From: Elsinoe ampelina
Taxonomy: Eukaryota
Direction: 5' to 3'
Length of the DNA: 64,000 nt
Assembly: GCA_010093995.1 (NCBI GenBank)
Contig: ML992508.1
Coordinates: 1,102,483-1,166,482 of the forward strand
Shown: positions 1 through 13,308 of the stretch, piece after piece
Layout of the letters: each line of letters begins with the position of its first letter
Numbering within the stretch: the first letter of the stretch is position 1
Position numbers and translations under genes: made by a program
The notes under the pieces: model-generated
What the model was told of the DNA's origin: nothing
Seen by the model: the letters and a program-made list of their open reading frames with translations, nothing else
Database searches by the model: none

Positions 1-320
1 CTTAAGGGTTAATCTCTAAGTATTATAGTTACTCTCTCTCTTAAGAATCTAAGTCTTAAGTATTTTTACTAATCTAGACATAATAATAGTAATTAGCTAA
101 AGGCCTATTAATTTAATTAATGTAATTAGCTTATTTAAGCTGTTTAAGCTGTTTAATTAAAGAGTTAATACAGGCTACTACAAGTGTTTGTCTTAATATA
201 GCTAGTCTAGAATTTAGTGTAGGCGGCTTAGTAATCCTTTTAATAATAACACGCTTAATTTGCTATAGCTTTAAGTACTTTTATAGAAGCGCTAGGCTTA
301 TAACCTATTATAGCTAGCAA
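1..320. repeat. AT-rich, RIP-mutated repeat/transposon relic (continues beyond the window's left edge)
   Basis: Very AT-rich compared with the rest of the window. It is full of TpA (ttaa, taag, ctag, tata), has few CpA/TpG and no ORF, which is the typical repeat-induced point mutation signature. The element family cannot be identified. Confidence 0.75.
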
Positions 321-1057
321 ATCGGATCGAGAGATGTGTATTTTATTCAGAGAATTACAATAACCGATTTATCTACTATGCGTGCGCTGACTCATCAGTA
401 CCAGTTCTTCAGTACTAGAGAAGCTGTACCAGCCTTCCATTACAACAGATGCTACTTTTATTAATTTGCTGGAGAGGGAGGAGGTGCGGGGTTTGCCCTA
501 GAAGGTAATCCTCGAGTCCATTGGTGTTCTTGTGGATGGAAGGATGGAAGAAAAGACAATGGCCTCGTGGCCATCACATACTCAGCTAAACAACGGAGAC
601 CCATAATTTTAGGCCTTTTTGACCGCGTCGGAGCCATGTGAAAATCATCATGTTTGGTCCGTGATCCCCACGAGCTCCACACAAAACCGTCGGAAGCTAC
701 CTAGCAACTTAGGCCAAGGTTCAATCAAGACAGCCCTGAGGTTTCTCTCCGTCCTTCACATCACATCGCTGGCATGCTTGCGTTTCATCGAGCAGTAGAG
801 AAGGCCTTGCACGTGCCGTCTTCCTCAGCCTCCGAGCCTCTACGTATCCGTCATCGCATCCTGCACACCTGCATGCGCCTATTATCAGCCTGACCACCTC
901 AGGATCAACAATGACCAAAATGTACACACGTCAGGCCACTTTCATATGCTCCGTTTGTATTCTGCTCGATACTTAAATAACCAGCAGGTCTGCTTCTCAT
1001 CCCAAAGACTTTTCCTTGCCCATCAAAATTCTTGATTTCCATCATCTCGCTGACATC

Positions 1058-2363
1058 ATGACAAACGGACCAAGATACGCTGTGTCTTCGAAAAGCAAGC
1101 TGTTCAAGGCAGATGCAGGGACTGTCATCGGTCCAGATGAACGTTTCAACATCCTTGGTCTTCATCACTCTGCTGCGACCACTCCACTACCAACTGCACA
1201 GTCAACATACATCGCGCAGGATACCAAGTGGGTGCTCTTGTGATTGATAAGGCTCACACTATTGACAATCGCCTAGAACAAATGAATTTGTGACACTCAC
1301 CATCCTGAACGATGAGGAGACAGTCTCCTACCAGGAGACGTCACAGGATAGGATCGAGAATACACTGCGCAAGGACAGCAGAGCTGTCGATCACGTCATA
1401 CTTGCGGCTGACTCCCTCATACTCGAGACACCCAGTGCCAATAGATGTCTCGTTCACGAACTCACCGGGCCGAATCTCTACATGGTGCTTGAGCTTAATG
1501 ACACTTTCCTCCCTGCGGATTGGATCTGGAAAGCGTTCAAGGATGCGCTATCTTCACTGGCCATTCTGCATGCTCGGAAAATGGTTCATGGCGGTGAGTC
1601 CGACCATGAAGCTCTCACAAACACTAGCTGACAGTTTAGACATCCGCGCCTGGTCGCTGGTCATCACATATTCAAAAGTGGACGCTGCGAATGCAGACCA
1701 GGTGCGCAATACATACGGACCCCTCTCAGAGTCAAACGGGGCTTTTGAATTCAACGCCACTGGCACAGGGAACGAGCAGATGAGGCCAAATTTGGACTTT
1801 CAGCTCAAGCTGCACAGGCTCGACCAAGGTATGTCTGGGCAAGCTGATACAGACCCGCGACTGACCAGTCTAGCATTCATTGTCGGCGACAACATCCCGG
1901 ACACAGCTCAATACCAGCTTCCAGGTCCTTCGCCACCAGAGATCCAGTCCACCGGGCCAACCCCAGCGACAGACATCTGGTATCTTGCCAGTATCGTACG
2001 TATCCTTGATACCTTCTCACCTCCACCATCTAACGTCTACAGTTCCTTAATCTCGCAACCGGCACACCTTCGGAGTCCCACTTCCTCGACGCTAACGGCT
2101 CCGCACTCTCTTCCTCCATTTCCTCTACTCAAGAAGCACTCTACGCAGCTGCCTACAAACAACGCACCTACATGCGCCCCGAATCCGAGCTCATCGAAGA
2201 ATCAGGCTCGGGCGACTTCTCTGTCGACGAGCTTCGCGTCCTGAGCGATCTGCTAGCCCATCTCCTTGTCACAGATCCCGAACAGAGGTTCACAGCGGAG
2301 CAGGCATTGCAGCACGAGTTCTTCGCCGTGCAAAGGCCTGTAAGCGCAGCAGCGGAGGAGTGA
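1058..2363 (+). CDS. SRPK-like protein kinase-fold protein, probably a pseudokinase (4 exons)
   Basis: Introns at ~1228-1276, 1594-1639 and 1996-2042 (GT..AG with branch sites) join the ORF fragments. The spliced product reads STYIAQDT, FVTLTIL, CLVHELTGPNL, LAILHARKMVHGDIRAWSL, PPEI, TDIWYLASIFLNLATG, LLVTDPEQRFTAEQALQHEFF, which are the kinase subdomains in order. Confidence 0.75.
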
Positions 2364-3593
2364 CCGCCCATTGTGCGGGCCAAGATCAGCAGCGACAACT
2401 AGATTTCGTAAACAGCTTCATAAAGCGGCTCGGCTACATAGAGGACGCGCCAGCTACATGATCGAGCGTAAATGATTGTACTCTTTGTGGACACTACTTG
2501 CAAGATATGGCACTAATGTTGTGTGCCCTCCACTCATCTCGCAACAAACGGACGAGCCGGCACCTATCTCTACCGCTACTCCAACGTGACGGCGTCAACG
2601 TGGACCAACCACGCAGAACGCGGGTGATCTGGTAGGACTAGGCATGGAGTGGTGGTCCGGGTGAGGCCAAATCGAACAGCATCTACCGCCCGCATGGCAG
2701 TTGTAGCAAACAGCCCATGCCTCGACAGGTCGAAGACCGTCTCCATCACTTCCTGTCCAAGCTATTCCCGTCCACCCGCTCCCCAGCCCTCCTGCATCTC
2801 AAGTTTCACCCAACCCCCCTGCATGTACAGCTTTCCCGCCTTCCTCTGCCTTCCACTTACCTCCCCCTCCTCCCTGTCCTCTTCCACCTGAGATAAAGAC
2901 TCCACGACTCCCATTGGCCGCCTGGACGGCTCAACGGGGACACTCGATTCCCTCTCGTACAGTCACGCCCAGGGCCGTCTCGTGAATGTCCCGTAACCGT
3001 GTAAGGCTGAATCGCTAATCAGGCCACCCGTGCAACCCCTGAGGTGGATCGCGCAAGGTGATCGCCGGTCCGTGATGCCTCATGTTCAGGCCCCTTGTTC
3101 AGAGGAAGGAACTGGAAAGCTTAGCTTCAGCCTTGCGGGACTTCATCCCGTGCTTTTGTTTGTTCTGGTTCGCTCTCGGGGTGACCATGTCAAGAGCTCG
3201 ATTGAGAGGATGTGTTCATTGTTAAGAGGTGATGGTTCACGGTTGGATGGTCAGTGGTTGGACATGCGACTGTTGGGAATTTGCGCGTGGTTGCGTGTGG
3301 TATCCGGATCGGGAACAAACATTGGAGTGGCGGGCATTGGGGAAGGGGACAACATCAAGGAGGACTTGGGGGGGAAGAAGTATGAGAAACACCCGACCTG
3401 TCTATTGAACGCCAGTCCTGTATATCTAGCGCCTGTATCCTGTATATCTAGCGCTGGCCAAAAAGGGCATGCAAATCCCACCCAGAGAAATCAGACCCAG
3501 AAATCAGACCCGAAATATCAGATGCAGAACACCCTCCCATGTAGTAACCCAGCAAATCCCACAATGAAAGCCCCTAGACTCTCGTCCCCAAGC

Positions 3594-4174
3594 TCAACGG
3601 AATTGGGAACCCTGCTTCTTGTACGGCTTCGGCACCTGGGACCCGCCCGCGTTCGGGTTCTGATACGGCTGGTTCTTACCGGTGATGACGGGCGGTCCAC
3701 CGGGACCCCCCAAGCTCTCGACCTCGATATGGTTCGTGGTGACGGGTTGCTTGGGACCGTCGCCGGCGGGCTTGGCGTTGGCGGCCGTGACGGCGTTGAA
3801 GGGTACCGTACCTGTAGTGTGCTCGACTTTGCTGCGCGTGTGTGTCAGTGACTTGTGCTTGGGGGCGGGTGCTCTTAGTTGAGCGTTGGGGGCTCAGCGA
3901 CTCACCGGAGGTCGACATTGTCGTCTTTGGGGATCATGCCTGCGTCTTTGGCTTGGCCTACGGCGCTCTCGGCGCGTGCGAGGTCTTCCGCGGCGTTCGG
4001 GTTGTTCTTGTATTCCCACTGCTCACCGGACTTTGAATGGTACTGGCCATCGTAGCCGGGCATGCCCGGCAGGTTATCGGGAGGGGCACGCTTGTCGATG
4101 GCAAGTGCTGCGGCATTCTGGACGCTGAGGAGGGCAATTGCCAGAGCGGCGAGGGTTTGCTTTGAGAAGAGCAT
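3594..4174 (-). CDS. Small secreted protein (168 aa, Cys-free) with signal peptide and Kex2 site; effector candidate
   Basis: Begins MLFSKQTLAALAIALLSVQNAAA (hydrophobic signal), then LAIDKR. Intron 3905..3832 (GTGAGT...CTGAC...CAG) joins in frame to KVEHTTGTVPF...KKQGSQFR*. Confidence 0.8.
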
Positions 4175-6062
4175 GTTGAAGAGTGGTAGGACTGGTAGTG
4201 GATGTGCTGGAACTGTGACTGTCGATTGTTGAATCTCTGGCTGGCTCAGAGATACTGCTTGGAGGTTTGCTGTAGTCAATAGACTGGAATACTTTGCTGT
4301 TTACTGATGATGCTTAGTTGAAGATGATGGACACTCATCTTTAATACTTGCGGTCGATCGCTAGACTCTTTACACTTGTCGCAACGGTTGACAGCAATCT
4401 CGTGGCTTCCACGTATGGTGTCATTCCTGATCTGAGCACAGTAGGTTGGTTTCGATGGTAAAGGACATGCTGGAAGCATTGCATTGTAGACGTTGCATGA
4501 GCACCGACATGGTGCTTTGAAGGCCAGCAGTAAGGTCGCCATGTTGGACGACAGAAGATGGTTGGAGAGCTTCCGCCAACGGCCCATCCATGTGCCTGAG
4601 AGACGTGTCCTGGGCCGTACAGTCCTCTAGGGGGTCCTTCATTCGGAGGATGTCTTGACCAACAGATGTCCCCTGGGTCCTTGGCCAAAGGACAAGCGAT
4701 AAGTTCTCAATGGTCGGCCATGGGGACACATCGTCCGACGGCTCTATGGTAAAGTTGCGATGCCGTTCAATGCTGGGTAAATCCGTCCTTTGGTAGCCTT
4801 TCGACCGAGACGAGTGGTAGAGATGTTTCAAAACGGTTCAGGCCATACTGCAGTGGAAAGTGGCAAGTAGCAAGGTCGCTATTTCAGTCGACAGGGACAG
4901 ACGGACCGAGCGAGGATTCAACACTGGGAGAAGGGCCGCTCAGACGTTCCATTGCGTCCAAGCCCAGGTGTCCTGCGTGCCCTGCAGGGCTAGCCAGTGC
5001 CGGGATGCCGGGTCTGTCTGCTGTCGATGGGCGCCACTTTTGGTCGAGCTTACCAGATGAAGGAAGAGGCGATCTCCACGATAGATGAAGCCTGCTCTTG
5101 TAGATGACTATGTCTGTCTTGCCTGATTTTCGGATTGTCTATTTTAGACCTTGATCGTGAATTGACATACAGTACACCATGAAGAGGAGGTGACTGGAGC
5201 TAAACAAGCAATGGAACAATACGTTACCCGACTCTGTTTGCATAGTTCGATACATTTCGCATCACAACAAGAGACATGTCCAGCACCGACGAGATTCTTC
5301 ATATATTGTCATGATGGTCTGCTGCTCACTGAGGAGACTCTAGAGGTCGGAATTTCTCCCGGGCTGTTTTTTGATTCGCCAAGCCTTGTCGGAATGACCC
5401 TCTGACGGGAAAGCTGACTTGTCAGGCCTCCAGGGGTTTCCCTCTTGCATTCCTCCCCAGAGTCTTTGTAAAAAAGGCTTGATCCTCTAGAAATCTCCCG
5501 TCAGACCAGCTATTTTCAACCAGGAGAGGGCCTCGGAGATGATTGATGGTCGAATCATTTGACATGTGCTGGTATTGACAGGCAGGTGGCCTTGGAACCT
5601 TGCCACGGGGTCAAGGTAGATATGCGTTCTGCGGTCGTTCATGCAATGTCTACGTTGACCAACATCTTTGCCGTGCGGTTCGTGAACTGCCTCGGGGGAG
5701 GGATGCAAGGATAGTTGATGACGATCGTTCGATACTGGCTTGCTTCATGAAACGAGCTGAGGTTCTGGTGCTGTACTTCACCCCTGTCAGACCAGCCGTT
5801 CTTGGAAAAGATCCCGTGTCTTGGGTGTCTATACGACTTGTCCATTCGATGATGCTGAATTGTGGTATCTAGCTGGTTGTTGAAACTTTTTTCGACCTTT
5901 CCGGTCCATATGCCTTCTATGTGGCATGACCCGTCCCATGCTTGCCGCCCTGAGCCCCAGTTGATGCGTAGACTCTGCCAGCAGCGCCTGTGCTGGCTCA
6001 TATCTCCATTCATGTCATGATTCCATGATGCCGCTCCACCCGCGATTCTGCACGATAGCTTT

Positions 6063-7186
6063 TTATGCGCTGTACGTCTGCTTGGGTTGAGGGTAACTAC
6101 CGCAGTCAGTGGTCGGGTTCAAAACTTGTCAGCAAGGTACTCACGCAGGTCCTAACTGAGTCAAGCTCAATTTCGCGAGCCACTGGCCCTTGTCGACTGC
6201 GGTCTCGAGGCTCTCACCTTCCACGACCGAGGCCAAAAAGCCACCCGCGAAAGCGTCGCCAGCGCCGTTCGTGTCAACAATGTCGGCCTTGTTGATCTCC
6301 TTGACTGGATACGTCCTGGCCTTGCTCTCACCCTGCACGGCGAGGATGGTCGGCTCGGTGCCTTGAGTGATGATGACTGTCCTCTTCTTCTTCTCGTTCT
6401 TCTTTGGCAGATTGGCAATCTTCTCGGCAATTGAGGCAATGTCCTTGGTCTCGATTCCGTGGCTTTCGGCGTAGCTCAGAGCCTCCGTCTCGTTGCCAAT
6501 GAGGAAGTCAGCATATGGAAGAACCTGGTCGAGCTGCTCCTTGAAGAACTGTGGGATGAATGGCGCAGACAGAGAGAAGAAGAAGGTCTTGTTCTCCTTG
6601 GCTGCCTCCTCTGCGAGTAGTAGGATAGCAGGTACACAAACAGTGAGATGGTAGCCGCCGACAAAGTATACCGAGGCTTCCTTGGCCAAGTTCCAGTGCT
6701 CCTTCAAGTGCTCGATCTTGTAGCAATTGGCAGCTGCGAGATCAGTGACCATCGACCTGTCGTGGCCAGTAATGACAACACCGCAGCGGCCAGTGGGCTC
6801 CTTCTCGTCGAATCGGTACTCGGTGTGGAGGCCCGCTTCCTTGTTGGCCTTGAGCAGAAGCTCAGAGTACTTGTCCTTTCCTACGCAGCCAAGGTAGACG
6901 ACGCTGTCTGGGGCGAGGATGTACTGTGCTCCACGAGCAGTGTTCTGAGCTGCACCACCTGGGATAGTCTTGGCCTCATACTTGCTGCTGAGAAGCTCGT
7001 CGTAAATTGGCTTATGCTCGTCCGAAGCAAGGATGGCGTCGTTGCTCTTCAGGCTGTACTTGTCGAGGAGTGCTTGGTCGCTGTGACATGTCAGCTCATT
7101 GATCGAGGACTCGGGGCGGTTTGCACCTACCCTTTCACCTGAATGTCGAGGAGAGGGTTCTCCAGGCAGAGAAGTTTGTAGCCCAT
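6063..7186 (-). CDS. ADO1: Adenosine kinase (PfkB/ribokinase family)
   Basis: Spliced N-terminus MGYKLLCLENPLLDIQVKGDQALLDKY, the PGGAAQNTARGAQY motif and the PfkB signature DTNGAGDAFAGGFL. Introns near both ends; ends GPAYPQPKQTYSA*. Confidence 0.95.
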
Positions 7187-7510
7187 CTTTGCGGTGTAGT
7201 TGGACTGGTCTTGGGTAGCAGAACGCGTTCTTCGCGAGCTGAGAGTCTCTGGGGATCGATTGAGATGTCGCTGTGTGTTTGTTTCAAGGTAGTATGATTC
7301 AATTGCAGGAAACAGAGTCTACAAGTCGAGAAACACAAAGAATCGTCCGGTCACCGAGAGGAGCTCACAAACGAGAGCCCTTGCCGAAATCGACCCCGCC
7401 AAAATTCTCCGACGTGGAGCATCATCAAGTGGGGTCCCGATCAAAGCCTACAAAGCCCACCAGCTCGGTGAGATCTCGAACGGCACTCGAAGATCTACTT
7501 CTTGTACCTG

Positions 7511-9363
7511 TCACTTCGTAATAAATACCACATCGCCCGCCGCACTCATCCTCCGCATCGCGTCCCTCTCCACGCAACTCAACTCCGTACACAAAGCATC
7601 AAAAGACGTCGACCCATTGGCGTGCTTCAAAATCTCCCTATCCTGCTTCCTCTTCTTCGTTGAAGTAGTAGCACTGACCCCATCCTCGTCCCCCAATCCA
7701 TCTGGGACGTGCCTCTCGTGCTCCCTTCTCTGCCATTCTCTCTCATCCGCATCGGGGGGGCTCTCTGCTTCTTCCATTCGACTGACCTTCCTGCCGCCTA
7801 TGCCGAGCGCCATGTCCCTGCTCTGCCCATCTGGGAGGCGCCACCCGCTGCTCAGCGCAGCGATACGCCAGGCGACTTCGTGGTCTTCTTGTGCTTGTGC
7901 AAGGTCGTCACCTTCCGTGTCGTCACCGCCTTTTCGTGCTTTGCGCCTGCTTTGAGCAGCTGTCGGAAACCCATGCTCGACTAGGGACTCTGGTAAAGTG
8001 ACGGGAATGCCGGTGCCAGCAACCAGAGCTTTAGACGGTTTGCCGTCGGGGTTTGTCGATTGCTTGGAGAAGGGTGAAGCCGATGTCAGGACGGCATACC
8101 GATGGACACGGTATATGATACCTTTGATGATGCCGAATGTGATGAAGCGGCGGATGTCGATATTGTTGAGTTGCATAGAACGGGAGAGACAGAAGTCTCG
8201 AAGCGGTAGAGACTGGCGGAGGGATGTGTATAGATTGATGACATGCATTCGTGATGGGAGTGCAGTGTCAGGTAGTGGGCTATTGTCGTCTTGTAGTCCA
8301 CGACTCTGTCCCGTTACGGCCGCCGAAAGTGCTTGGATCTCATTGCTTGCCTTGCCGAAAAGTGACTTGCGACAGTAAATATAGTGCCTGCATTCGTCCT
8401 GCATCTCTTCTGAAGCCACGAAGGTCGAGATGGACGGGGTTGGTGCGTAAATGGCAGCAAATGTGAATATGTCCAATAAAAGTAAGCAGTCGTAGTATAC
8501 GAGATGCTGAACTGCTCGTCTTGTGAGAGAGATGTCTGTGTCTGCTAGTTGAGCGATTCGAGCGACGGAGTGTATTCCATTGATGTGTGGAATGACTTGT
8601 TGTATCGTCAGATCCCATGCCGATGTCTGGAGGGAGCCGAAGCGAGCCACAGAGAGAGGCACATGGTGATTCTGTATTGAGGGCGGAGGCTTCCTCGTCG
8701 GGAACAGGCACAGATTGAGCGTATTAGATTCGTCTCAGACCTGTCAGATTGGCCCATTCTCGTGAAATTATGACTTGACGTACCAATTGGAATCATGGCC
8801 TCTCCTACTGCTCTGAGATCTTCAAAGACCATCTCCACGACAGCGAAGACTTTGCTACCCTTCTCGCCGCCATATCCTTCAGAGCCAGCGACGAGTACCG
8901 CACCGTCCTGTTCATCCTTGCTGAGAAAGCTATCTTGCTCCTCGAGGTTGCCAAAAGTTCTGGCGAGCTTGCTTATGAGCGTCTTGAGCGGTGTGTAATC
9001 GGCCTTCTCGTCAACGACAACACAGAAGTTGAAGATAAAGTCATTGCGTTCATACTTGGTTGAGTCCGAAATGCATACCGGATGACCTAGTATACGGTAG
9101 CCGTTTGAGCAAACGCTCAGTGGTCGATTGCAAAACTCGCGATTTGGTATGATGTAGGTAGATATGGACTGGAAATCAAAGAATGGGACCTTGATCGATG
9201 TGGGAGACGGCGAAGGTATCACCGATCCTTCGGGCACTTGATGGAAGACTCTAGGACCTGGGCAAGTATCAGACCTCTTCAAAATCACAATTTGAGCTGA
9301 CTTACCGTGTTCATCGTGGAAGCGAGCATAGAAGATGGACTCTATCTTCGCATCTGTGGCCAT
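7511..9363 (-). CDS. NPR2: Nitrogen permease regulator 2 (SEACIT/GATOR1 subunit)
   Basis: Motifs IESIFYARFH..GPRVFHQVPEGS, YIIPNREFCNR, KYERNDFIFNF, LEEQDSFLS, WDLTIQQVIPHINGI..IAQLADTD, HLVYYDCL and IDIRRFITFGIIKG. Two introns (~9305-9260 and ~8781-8740). Confidence 0.93.
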
Positions 9364-9921
9364 GCCGGCGCATTCGTGGCCGATTATACGGGCATGGGCC
9401 ACGGTATGCTGGTGATGCTATTCCATATGTCGATATGTGGCTTGAGCAGATTCCTATTCAATAGTTTGACGCGCATCTGGTGTCGACGTTGTGTAAATCG
9501 CAGTTCAGTGGGATAGAAGATGGCGATGTGCTCCGCTGTTTGGAGCAACGCGGCCACCAGCCCGATGCGCACCTCACCGTCGAGTGACCTTCTAACGGAG
9601 ATCTGACAAGTGAACAACGTCACACAAGATGAACGGCGAGTACACGAAATACACGATATGCAATGCTTTACACGAGGGGATGTCTGAGGTAAAGTATTGG
9701 TGAGAACTGAAACTTCATTCAGGAAGAGCCGCGCAGCGGGATACCTATTAGTTTCTATACTGCAAAAGACCGTGCCGACCACCTCGTCCGCCGCCGGTCT
9801 CTATCTACTGTGATCAAGATGAGAGTCACTGTTAACCTCTCCGCTAGAGTGGTGTAATACAAATACTGGTTCGTAATTCGTCATTGGTCGTAGGAAAACT
9901 TTCTCGTAGGCGCTTTTCTGT

Positions 9922-11728
9922 CTAGGAAGCCGCAGTGGCCCACTCGACTGTCTCGAGGGCCAGCATGACCAGGAAGAGTGTACTCGGAAGAATCCTGTTT
10001 GTTATTAGATATAACCATGGGCACGAGAAGAATGAATACATACCAAATAACGTAGCTTTGGAAAAGGAGTCTGCTCATGACACCCATGAAGACGTTGTGC
10101 AACTGGCAGATCTGGGCGAGTTGAAGCGCGCTGGGTGCACCGGTGAGAAGGAAGCAGACGATGATGAAAATAGGGTCGTCCAGAATCGACACGGGGACGT
10201 ATTTGGCGAATAATGCCAGGAATGGTGCCAAGATCAGGGTGGGCAACAGCATCCGCGACAGGAGACAAGCGATCAGCATCTTCTTCTCGTCCTTCTTGTC
10301 TTCGGGAGAGACGGCGAGCTCATTCTGTGGAAGAGTGTTGCGGGCCAGATTGGCACCCAGAACGACCAAGATGAGCGGAACCGCCACACCACCAGATTGA
10401 GCAATGGCGTGAGTGACGGAGTTGTTGATGAACGTACCCTTGTCGAAGAAGAGATGCTGCAGTGTTGGGACGGAGGCGACCACGACGGCAACCAACATAG
10501 CCCAAAGAGGTGGATTCATCGACTGGTAGATGGCATTGACAAACCGGAATGTCCACGATCCTGTGAGACGTATTGGCTTTTGGACACCGTTTGGAAGTGC
10601 TCGAAATTGGTTCCTGAAGAAGGTGCCGACAGTAGAAACCGTCTTATGCCAGGCTCGAGAAGTGGCTTCCTTGGAAGACTGCAGAACGTTCTTCTTGTCT
10701 GACGAGTTGTCCTCAGAAGCATCGTTGTTCAGGGTGCGGTAGCTGGGGAATCGGGTGATATGGTTGGCTGAAGGGTATCTTGCAACATTTCCAGGGGAAG
10801 GCTGCTGAGAGTCGCCAGAGTCGTGGCCGGCCAGATTACCAGTGCCGCGATGAACGATGTTGCCATTGGCTGGTGTCACGAGTGGCTCAGACTCTTGTGG
10901 ATCATTCCGCAAGCTGGTGCTTGATCCAACTGTCGAGATCGTTTGCGGCGAATGTGCGCCTGATCCGTAATCTGACGTGCTCTTGGGTTTGACATTGTCG
11001 TGCTCTTCCTCCTCTACGTCGTCTCTGTAGCGACCCTCTTCAATGAGCGACTCCTCCTCGGTGGGCGGCTTCAGCAGAACGTTGTAGCCCCACGACCACC
11101 TCAAAAGCTGACCGAGTTGTTGGAAGATCAAGAGATATAGGATACCTCGAGCGGCAACTTCGTTATCATTGTCGCCAGGTATCTGATCCCAGTGCAGGCC
11201 GCGGAGAGTCTTAGATAGAGAAATGACCAAGGAGATCGGCAGAGAGTTTGAATTGCCGAAGACGCCCATGGCAATGACAAAATTACGCTTCCTCTTGTCG
11301 AATCCGCATACTTTCGAAACGGTGGTAGCGCATAACCAGGAGACCAGTGTCTGAACGACAAAGATGATTGGAATAACAATCAGGTCGGCAAGCTTTCCGG
11401 CATTGAGCTGGGAAGCAAGCTTCGTGAAGACCAGGCATGGCGTGAAGAGCTGTACATTGAGGTTTGCGACGAATTTCTGTGCATCCGCATCGAACATGCC
11501 CTGGCGAGCTACGATGTATCCAGGTAGACTGACACAAACGACTTCAAGCACAGCCTCGAAGACGAGTAATACCAGGTGACCAAAGTCCGGATGTGATGTG
11601 TGATTGTTCGCGAGGGCGCCTATCATTGTGTCGGCCATCATGATCTGAGTATCCCCAGCTCTTCTCTGTACAATCCCCGATATCGACTCTCTAAGTCGAA
11701 ACGAGGTCGGGCTTGTAAAGAATGGCAT
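9922..11728 (-). CDS. Auxin efflux carrier (AEC/PILS-like) membrane transporter
   Basis: Two blocks of about 5 TM helices around a hydrophilic loop. Motifs LFTPCLVFTKL, FGNSNSLPISL, ARGILYL..LRWSWG and NPPLWAM. A last intron after YVIW gives the end ILPSTLFLVMLALETVEWATAAS*. Confidence 0.9.
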
Positions 11729-13308
11729 TTCGAACGCGGGTTTCGTTGTTCCGCGTGTAGCTTTTCTTTGTCGAGTTCTTTATCCGGCGGCGGAAAGCGT
11801 TGAGAGGTGGATTTGGTGGTAGGATTAACGTTCCCGTCGCGATCGAGGTCTATCGGCCGGTCGATGGGCTTGTACGAGGAAGGTAGAGAGGAATCATGGG
11901 TGTTATTGCTTGTTCATGTGTATAGATAAGAATTGACGTGCCGTGTCAAATCAGGGAAGCAATCGTTGGGACCCTTGAGACGTCTTGAATGATTTCTCCA
12001 CGGGCGCAAGAGCACGGAAGCCTGGAACGAATGAGCAAAGGCGCCGACAGCACGCCATCAACCAAGACTGACGCATGGATCGCCAGGGAAAAAGAGCTCC
12101 AGCCACAATTGAGACAGCAACACAGCCACAAGAATGGCGGGGCGGCTATCGATCGGCGACGGCTTCGTCATCGATGATGAGCCGCGGAACAAGAGAAAAG
12201 AGGACCAAAGAACGCGTCCTGGACACGTCTCGGTCATCATCGGTGTGACAGCTTTTGCATTGCGGTCAGGGCTGATGATGGACATACCATTGGGAAAGAG
12301 GACATGCTCGTTGTCGCCCTCGATTATTGTGTCCTCGTTTCAACTACCAAGGTCGCGGAGTGATCTCCATGCCTTTTCCAGGTATGGCGTGTCAATCACC
12401 TGCATTGATGCCCTGTCTGATCTTCGAAACGATGCGACAATCGAGTGATCAAACCGACATAGGATGCGCAAGCAGCAACGTCTGGCAGCGAATTGCTGAA
12501 GCTCTGCCTGGCCTAAATGAGTGGCATTGCTCGATAGCCACAGTACTTGGATATATCGGGTTAATGCCACGCTTCTTTTGCTCGAAAGACACTATCGACG
12601 ACTTGACTCGCTGACCAATAGTGACCATCCCTGTCTGTAAGCATCCTCACAGGATGTGCAACACAAATTTTGTCTGCCCATGCCGGCTCCGGCGCTGCTT
12701 GTATGGCTGCCCTGCCCCTCCAACGCCTTCTCGAAGCGACCAGTTCTGCGATTATCCTGATGCCTGAAGGATATCGACTGACTCAAGACACTGAATGGTA
12801 ATCTACCCACGCTCCAATGATCCAGGCCTATTTCCGTGGATACTCCAAATTGCCCGCGTCAGTGCCAGCGCCAGTCGCCGTGTAAAAAAAATCCATTCCC
12901 TGGTTTGAAGCAGATGAATGTCCCGCCTTCTTGGCAGAAACGGCAATGGCAATCGATCATTCATGGCGATCGAAAGCTCTCCAGCTCCTTCTCCAACCGT
13001 GAAACCTCTCCGTTCGCTGTATACCTGTCCCCCACCATGTAGATTCGTCTTCCGTAAACGTCGCTCTAGAAATATCCTTCATTGACCACACCGACCCGCT
13101 ACGTCGGCTTCTCGGGCCACAATTGCTAATCCGCTTCGACCATCACAATCCATGTTCTCATTCTCTTAGCGTCTTTCCATACTTTCCTCCTCCATCGGCC
13201 TTTCCCGGTCGAAAGCTGGTACTTCCGACGCCTCGGACGGTCAACGTCGCTTGCGAACTTGCTCGCTTCACGATTCTCATCTGACCGTTACTGTACATTT
13301 TGCGCACA

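Noticed and set aside
3030..3851. 273-aa plus-strand ORF
   Set aside because: Non-ATG start, partly antisense to the secreted-protein gene, crosses short local duplications (~3416-3520) and has no protein-like motifs.
4280..6050. Several 60-140 aa ORFs between the secreted protein and ADO1
   Set aside because: No motifs, codon bias or consistent splice structure; treated as intergenic.
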